DNA from: Methanobacteriota archaeon
GTDB lineage: Archaea; Thermoplasmatota; Thermoplasmata; SG8-5; JAGLSY01
Direction: 5' to 3'
NCBI GenBank assembly: GCA_020697715.1
Contig: JAEHCO010000001.1
Coordinates: 32,001-96,000, forward strand
DNA length: 64,000 nucleotides
The translations under genes and the position numbers were made by a program. Positions 58,215-64,000 of this stretch are shown here, piece after piece. The notes under the pieces are model-generated. The model ran no database searches. It was not told the DNA's origin and worked only from the letters and a program-made list of their open reading frames with translations. Each line of letters begins with the position of its first letter. Positions within the stretch are counted from its first letter, which is position 1.

Positions 58215-59852
58215 ATGTTTGCAAGAAAATCATTTATCATCATGGTCACTCAGGCGATCGGCGCCATCATGGGAATGCTAGGGCTTCTCATCATAGCAAA
58301 AATATGGGGAGATTTTGCTACAACGGCATTGGGAGTGGTTGGATTTGGTATGGCATTTGTTGGAATGTTCTCTTTCATAACAGATCTAGGTTTTAATACC
58401 GCTCATGTAAAAAGAATATCAGAGGGTAAGGACCTGGGAACTTGCATTGGAACATTCATCTCAATAAAATTAATACTTACGGGTGTCATGGTCGCCATCG
58501 TAATTGGCGGCATGCTCATCTGGAAATATGTTTTGAATCAAGACTTCTATGATGCTACAAAGGAAAATATAATCTACATTTTCTTGATCTATTATGTACT
58601 TCTAAGTCTTTATCAGATAATGACCCTCACATTCAATGCAAAGATAGAGATCGCAAAAAGCCAGACATCTGCTGTCATGGATTCATTGGTCCGAGTGCCA
58701 TTGATGATCATTGTCGCACTTGCAGGTGTTACGGGCGCTTATATTGGAATAGATGGGCTCAGTAACGAAGTAAATATCACCGCGAAATATTCTTGGCCCT
58801 CATTCCTTCATCCATTACAGGATTTTTTGGCAAGCCATGCATTAGGAGCATTTGCTACTGCGTATTTACTAGGCGCTGCTGCAGTTTTTATAATGGCATT
58901 CATACAATTCCGTGGTTACCCTATTAAAAGACCAAGCAAAGAATATGCAAAAAGCTACATGCATTTTGCCCTGCCTATCATGTTTGTAACAACACTCACC
59001 GTGATCTCGGTTAATGTGGACAAGGTGATGATAGGGTATTTTTGGGCTGCTGAAGAGGTGGGATATTACTTCGCAGTACAGCGTATTTCCAATATGCTGA
59101 TAATGTTCTCCACCGGGATCAGTGTAGTTCTATTCCCTACGATATCAATGTATCATGTAAAGAAGAAATTTGGAGAGATCAGAGACACTACTCACAAAGC
59201 TGAAAGATATATCTCGATGATGATCGTTCCTCTGACCGTTTTTATAATTGTATTTAGTGGTGATATTATCAATATCGCCCTGAACAGTTCGTTCCAACCT
59301 GCGATCCACACCCTGCGTATCCTGGCAGTGTTCACATTGATCGCAGCATTAAGGATGCCGTATATTTATCTGGTCGTAGGGATGGATAAACCAGGCATCT
59401 CGGCCAAGATCCTAGCTACGGGCTGTGTCATTAATATCATTTTGAATTATCTTTTTATTCCAAGTTATGGGGTATTGAGTGGCTTTGACATTGTGGGCCA
59501 AAATGGTGCTGCTATTGCAACGACCATTTCAGTACTCATAACATTCATCATGTTCCGCTTCGCATCAAGGAAGCTTGTGGATACAAGGCTGTTTCAATCA
59601 CAGATCATTCTTCACATAGCTGCTGGTTCCATCATGGGAATTGTAATATATTTCTTGGGCTCGATGGTCGATCCTTTGAGATGGTATCACCTTACTTGCT
59701 TCGCCCTCATGGGTTTGGGATTATACTTCAGTGTGCTTTGGTTATTGAAGGAATTGAGAAAAGATGATATCAATATGGTCATGGATGCCATCAATCCAAA
59801 AGGGATCTTTCAATATTTTAAATCCGAATTGAGACCTGGAAAAGAAGAGTGA
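58215..59852 (+). CDS. oligosaccharide flippase
   Basis: DLGF, NVDKVMIG, VGYYFAVQR, LNYLFIP, GAAIAT. Confidence 0.88.
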   Translation: MFARKSFIIMVTQAIGAIMGMLGLLIIAKIWGDFATTALGVVGFGMAFVGMFSFITDLGFNTAHVKRISEGKDLGTCIGTFISIKLILTGVMVAIVIGGMLIWKYVLNQDFYDATKENIIYIFLIYYVLLSLYQIMTLTFNAKIEIAKSQTSAVMDSLVRVPLMIIVALAGVTGAYIGIDGLSNEVNITAKYSWPSFLHPLQDFLASHALGAFATAYLLGAAAVFIMAFIQFRGYPIKRPSKEYAKSYMHFALPIMFVTTLTVISVNVDKVMIGYFWAAEEVGYYFAVQRISNMLIMFSTGISVVLFPTISMYHVKKKFGEIRDTTHKAERYISMMIVPLTVFIIVFSGDIINIALNSSFQPAIHTLRILAVFTLIAALRMPYIYLVVGMDKPGISAKILATGCVINIILNYLFIPSYGVLSGFDIVGQNGAAIATTISVLITFIMFRFASRKLVDTRLFQSQIILHIAAGSIMGIVIYFLGSMVDPLRWYHLTCFALMGLGLYFSVLWLLKELRKDDINMVMDAINPKGIFQYFKSELRPGKEE

Positions 59853-59861
59853 TATCCTTGC

Positions 59862-60992
59862 TCATAGGCCCTGTTCTCTGAGGCCAGATACAATGGACTG
59901 GCAAACATAGATTATATCGTCCTCTGACAGGTTATTATGAAAGGGAAGGGCCAGCGTGGAGCCTGCTATCGATTCACATACCGGGAAATCACCTTCAGCA
60001 AATCCAAATTCGGATCTGTAGAAGGGCTGAAGATGCAATGGCGAGAAATAAGGGCGCGTGTCAATGCCCACGGATGCCAGGTATTCCATCAATTTATTTC
60101 TGTCAGCATTGGCTGAAAGCCTTATGACATATACGAACCAGCTCATCTTCACTCCTGGAATAACATAAGGAATTTCAACATGCTCTTGCCCAGATAGATG
60201 GTCATTATAGGTCTCTGCAACTTTCTTCCTGAGTGCCAGCATATCCTCTAAGCGTCTTATTTGTCCCAGACCCAGGGCTGCACTGATCTCGTCCATGCGA
60301 TAGTTGTATCCAAGCCTCTCATGTGCCAGCCATATATTGCTTTCACTCCTGCCCTGATTCCTCATGCTCCGGCATAATTTGGCAACTTCATCATCATCAG
60401 TGACGACCATACCACCTTCACCTGTCGTCATCTGCTTATTGGGATAGAAAGCGAAGGTGCTGGCTAGCCCAAAGGTTCCTACTTTTTTATTCATGTACTC
60501 TGCACCAATGGCCTCACATGCGTCCTCGATGACCACGAGATCATGCTCTTCAGCTATCTTCATTATGGGGGCCATATCACATGGCTGTCCAAAGATATGA
60601 ACAGGCAAAATAGCCTTGGTCTTCTCTGTAATTTTTTCTTCGATTCCTGCAGGGTCCATATTCATTGTTAGTGGATCAATGTCCACAAACAATGGCACAC
60701 CCCTCTCGAATAATATGCAATTGCTGGATGATATGAAACTGAAGGGAGATGTTATCACCTCATCCCCATCCTTAAGACCAATGGCTCTCATGCACAGGTG
60801 AAGTGCGCTTGTACCACTATTGACTGCCACAGAATGCTTGCATCCAATATAATCAGCCAATTCTTTCTCAAAATCTGCCACATACGGCCCCATGCTCAGG
60901 TGCTTGGTTCTCAGAACATTATTGACCATTTCTATTTCCGACTCGGTTATATCGGGACTGGAGAGGGAAATTTTTCTGGGCATCGTGATCAC
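59862..60992 (-). CDS. DegT/DnrJ/EryC1/StrS sugar aminotransferase
   Basis: VNSGTSALH, FAFYPNKQMTTGEGG, GYNYRMDE. Confidence 0.92.
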   Translation of the reverse strand: MITMPRKISLSSPDITESEIEMVNNVLRTKHLSMGPYVADFEKELADYIGCKHSVAVNSGTSALHLCMRAIGLKDGDEVITSPFSFISSSNCILFERGVPLFVDIDPLTMNMDPAGIEEKITEKTKAILPVHIFGQPCDMAPIMKIAEEHDLVVIEDACEAIGAEYMNKKVGTFGLASTFAFYPNKQMTTGEGGMVVTDDDEVAKLCRSMRNQGRSESNIWLAHERLGYNYRMDEISAALGLGQIRRLEDMLALRKKVAETYNDHLSGQEHVEIPYVIPGVKMSWFVYVIRLSANADRNKLMEYLASVGIDTRPYFSPLHLQPFYRSEFGFAEGDFPVCESIAGSTLALPFHNNLSEDDIIYVCQSIVSGLREQGL

Positions 60993-62035
60993 CGATCATC
61001 ATTATTGGGAGCAGAGATATCTGTGACATCGGAGATCATGTCCTTGAGCTCCTCGACGGAAAGCAATCTAGCATCCCTAGAATTGTAATTGCCTATTTCC
61101 ACCTTTTTTGCTCCAGCTGGTAGGTATTTATTCGAGGTAGAAATAACATAGAGATTGCCAACATCATAAATATTATGGCTCTCGGTCTCATTGATGAGCT
61201 CCTCGTGTATCTTTTCACCATCCTCCATTGGCATGGTCTCTATCATGATATTGCCCCTGTCTATCTCATATTTCTCACAGCAATACATGATGACAGCTTC
61301 CATCATATCTCCAAGTCTGAATGTAGGCATTTTCAATACGAATATCTCTCCTCCATGTGCTTGGGAAGTGGCCTCCAGAACAAGACTAGCAGCATCTGAG
61401 ATCTTCATTATGAACCTTGTAACATCCGGTTCGGAGATCAGGAGCTTGCCCTTACCAATAACACGATTTATCATCATTGGAATGACAGATCCCCTGGAAT
61501 TAGCCACATTGCCGAACCTCACGCATGCGAATACCTGATCATCATCAGCCAAAGTGGTTCCATTTAGAGTGATCCTCTCGGCAATGAATTTACTGGCACC
61601 CATGACAGTGGTGGGGTTGGCTGCCTTGTCAGTACTGATTGTGATCATCTTTTTCACACCATATTTAAGTGCCAGATCTACCACATTTTCGGTACCCATT
61701 ATATTTGTCTTCACACACTCAGTTGGTTCCTTTTCAGAGACCACCACGTGCTTCATCGCGGCCGCGTGGTAAATGTAATCTATATCATGGCTGCTGAAGA
61801 CCTTCTCCGTGCTCCTGAAGTCCCTTACATCACCCATGATCATTTCGAGCCTATCATTCTCGATCTGCGACCTCATGATAAATTGCTTTATCTCATCACG
61901 GCTGTAGACAATGACCTTTTCCGGCTCCTTTTCAAGAAGCTGTCTAACGATCTCACTACCTATAGAGCCAGTTCCGCCTGTTACCAGGATGGTCTTTCCT
62001 TTCCAAATGCTCTGCATACTTTTCCCTCCTATCAA
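60989..62035 (-). CDS. UDP-N-acetylhexosamine 4,6-dehydratase family SDR
   Basis: TGGTGSIG, HAAAMKHV, STDKA, MGASK, VRFGNV. Confidence 0.9.
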   Translation of the reverse strand: MIGGKSMQSIWKGKTILVTGGTGSIGSEIVRQLLEKEPEKVIVYSRDEIKQFIMRSQIENDRLEMIMGDVRDFRSTEKVFSSHDIDYIYHAAAMKHVVVSEKEPTECVKTNIMGTENVVDLALKYGVKKMITISTDKAANPTTVMGASKFIAERITLNGTTLADDDQVFACVRFGNVANSRGSVIPMMINRVIGKGKLLISEPDVTRFIMKISDAASLVLEATSQAHGGEIFVLKMPTFRLGDMMEAVIMYCCEKYEIDRGNIMIETMPMEDGEKIHEELINETESHNIYDVGNLYVISTSNKYLPAGAKKVEIGNYNSRDARLLSVEELKDMISDVTDISAPNNDDR

Positions 62036-62703
62036 TATGATCTTTCGTAAATTAATTTGAAGGCCTCTGCCGCCTCCATGCCTACCATTGTTCCACGATT
62101 GCGTGCCAGAGCCTCGATGTTCTCCAAGGATCTGGGGTGGGGGAATTTCTTCACCTCTAGCTCATAGGCAGCCATGGCCTCCAGCTTCTTCTCCAAAGTG
62201 CTGCTTATGTCAAAGAACACATTGGGTGTGAAAGGAGTATCCAACATCATACTTCCCCACTCTGTGGATGATGGTAATTCATATGTAAGAAGTCTTTTCA
62301 CCGTGTTACCTGGCCGGGGCCTGGTTGCCACCATCGTTGCCTCATGGACAATGCGATGGTCCATGTTTATATCTGTCTGGCTAGTGGTATAAACTATATC
62401 TGGTTTGACCTTGTTGATCAATTGCTGTAATAGATCATTCAGCTGAACCTTGGGAATAGTATCAAGTTTCACTGCCGGAAGTTCGAGAAAATGAACTTCC
62501 GAAAAACCAAGTATCTGGCTTGCCTTAATAGCTTCCTTCCTGCGCAGGGCGAACTCCTCTTTTGTTATGAGTGGCTCATAACCCGCGGTCACGATACATA
62601 GTTCTGCCGTGGCTCCATCGGCCACCATCTTGGCAATTGTTCCTCCAACACCCATGGTCTCATCATCAGGGTGCGCGCCTATTACCAGAATTTTATCATT
62701 CAT
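62032..62703 (-). CDS. PIG-L/LmbE family deacetylase
   Basis: AHPDDE, MDH, FPHPRS, AEAF. Confidence 0.9.
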   Translation of the reverse strand: MNDKILVIGAHPDDETMGVGGTIAKMVADGATAELCIVTAGYEPLITKEEFALRRKEAIKASQILGFSEVHFLELPAVKLDTIPKVQLNDLLQQLINKVKPDIVYTTSQTDINMDHRIVHEATMVATRPRPGNTVKRLLTYELPSSTEWGSMMLDTPFTPNVFFDISSTLEKKLEAMAAYELEVKKFPHPRSLENIEALARNRGTMVGMEAAEAFKLIYERSY

Positions 62704-62709
62704 TATGAA

Positions 62710-63615
62710 TCACTCCATTTCATCCAGTGCCTTGAAGTCACTTGGAATTATCGAACTGAATGGTTTATCGGTGAAGAACTTCACCGCTCTGAACCTTAAA
62801 TAATCTCTGAAGTCCTCGGAATATATATCTGGAATACCTTCAATGGTTTTTGTTTCTGAATGGAAGACCAGTTCACCTCCATCTGGAGAGGTATAATGGA
62901 TATCAAGTCCTTTCCTTTGGATTGCTGGTTTGAATCCTTTTCCCTTGACGATCTCCATATAATCCAGTATCAATGCATCCAGGAGTTCTTCCTTCTGTTC
63001 ATTACTGAATTTCGGAGGGTATATGTTCTCCTTCACAACCTTGCCTGGCATACCTGCGAAGAAACAACCACCCGGCACGTTCCTATTGGCAATGGTATTG
63101 TTTCCGATTATGACATGATCACCAACAGTAACCCCTGGCATAATTGTCGAGTGCGCGGTTATCCAAACATGATCACCGATCTTGACCGGACCCGATGTAT
63201 AAGGATATCCAGCAAAGACATCCATGAAACTTCCATGTGTCCAAATATCCACATACTGGCCTATACCGACATCATTTCCGATCTCAACATCATCATTACA
63301 GTTAATTCTGGTATTCTGAAGGATCAGGTTCTCATTACCGATCCGTATATTCTGGGAATGGGAGTTGGAAGCACCCTCGATCAATACGCCATCGATATAA
63401 TTATTGCTTCCAATGGCCGCATTCCTACAGAATATCTGTGTGTTCTTGATAACAGAGGCCGTTCCGATCTCCAGCCTACCGGCGACCTTGGCAATGAAGC
63501 CTTTGCCGATAATAACATTCTCACCGATGATTATGTGTGAGGCGCAAATATCGGCCCCTGGGTCAATTCTTGCTGACTCCGCGATGTCCACCTGGTTTCC
63601 CTTGACCGTCATCAT
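62710..63615 (-). CDS. hexapeptide-repeat acyltransferase
   Basis: Left-handed beta-helix repeats, IWTH, VKIGDHVWI, AGMPGK. Confidence 0.85.
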   Translation of the reverse strand: MMTVKGNQVDIAESARIDPGADICASHIIIGENVIIGKGFIAKVAGRLEIGTASVIKNTQIFCRNAAIGSNNYIDGVLIEGASNSHSQNIRIGNENLILQNTRINCNDDVEIGNDVGIGQYVDIWTHGSFMDVFAGYPYTSGPVKIGDHVWITAHSTIMPGVTVGDHVIIGNNTIANRNVPGGCFFAGMPGKVVKENIYPPKFSNEQKEELLDALILDYMEIVKGKGFKPAIQRKGLDIHYTSPDGGELVFHSETKTIEGIPDIYSEDFRDYLRFRAVKFFTDKPFSSIIPSDFKALDEME

Positions 63616-63814
63616 CTCTTGGATATATATCTAGGTTTTAAATGTTTCCTTTTAGGCATGGCTGGTTCATAACACTTGAGGGTATGGCCTATTTAAGATA
63701 GGCAAAAGCCCAGAAGGACATAGAGTTATCTTTTGACAGTGTGGTGGTGCTTAGAGGCAAATAGTGATTGAAGTATAGAAGAGGATATTGAATTAATCTG
63801 CAATATCGCCTATA

Positions 63815-64000
63815 TCATTTTTTGTTGATCCTGATGTTCATGGCATTCACGAATTCATCGATCTCTTCTTGGGTCAATTGTCTTATTACCTTTGCAGGAC
63901 TTCCAAATGCCAAGACCCTTTCAGGTATTTGCTTTGTTACAAGAGTATTGGCTCCGATCATACTATATTTCCCAACTTTTGTTTCAGCCATCAATAAACT
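63815..64000 (-). CDS. left-handed beta-helix protein, C-terminal fragment (acyltransferase or gamma-carbonic-anhydrase-like); partial
   Basis: Manual translation: ...VGKYSMIGANTLVTKQIPERVLAFGSPAKVIRQLTQEEIDEF...stop at 63815. Confidence 0.75.
   Translation of the reverse strand, partial: SLLMAETKVGKYSMIGANTLVTKQIPERVLAFGSPAKVIRQLTQEEIDEFVNAMNIRINKK

Overview
Archaeal chromosomal window, most likely from an uncultured member of Thermoplasmata. This rests on Topo VI A/B, aRF1, class I LysRS, archaeal-type GlyRS, an archaeal type IV pilin, BHB-type tRNA introns and a DUF835-like domain. Housekeeping genes are mixed with two GLUG-repeat surface proteins and two glycan-biosynthesis blocks. The most unusual content is: (1) a ~13 kb locus linking a pilin, several intact and degenerate KaiC/RAD55-like ATPases, an ArsR-type regulator and two giant, convergent, acidic, multi-zinc-ribbon membrane proteins; (2) two tandem Rab-like small GTPases followed by a V4R (Bet3/TRAPP-fold)-DUF835 protein, with a Yip1-like protein nearby; (3) two dispersed structured non-coding element families with compensatory base changes, one carrying a 63-bp double-hairpin cassette in different loops in its two copies; (4) tRNA-Val(TAC) with two introns and tRNA-Leu(CAA) with a D-loop intron, each followed by a duplicate of its 3' end. 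No CRISPR array, rRNA, transposase or integrase was recognised. All calls come from reading motifs by eye; no database searches were run.
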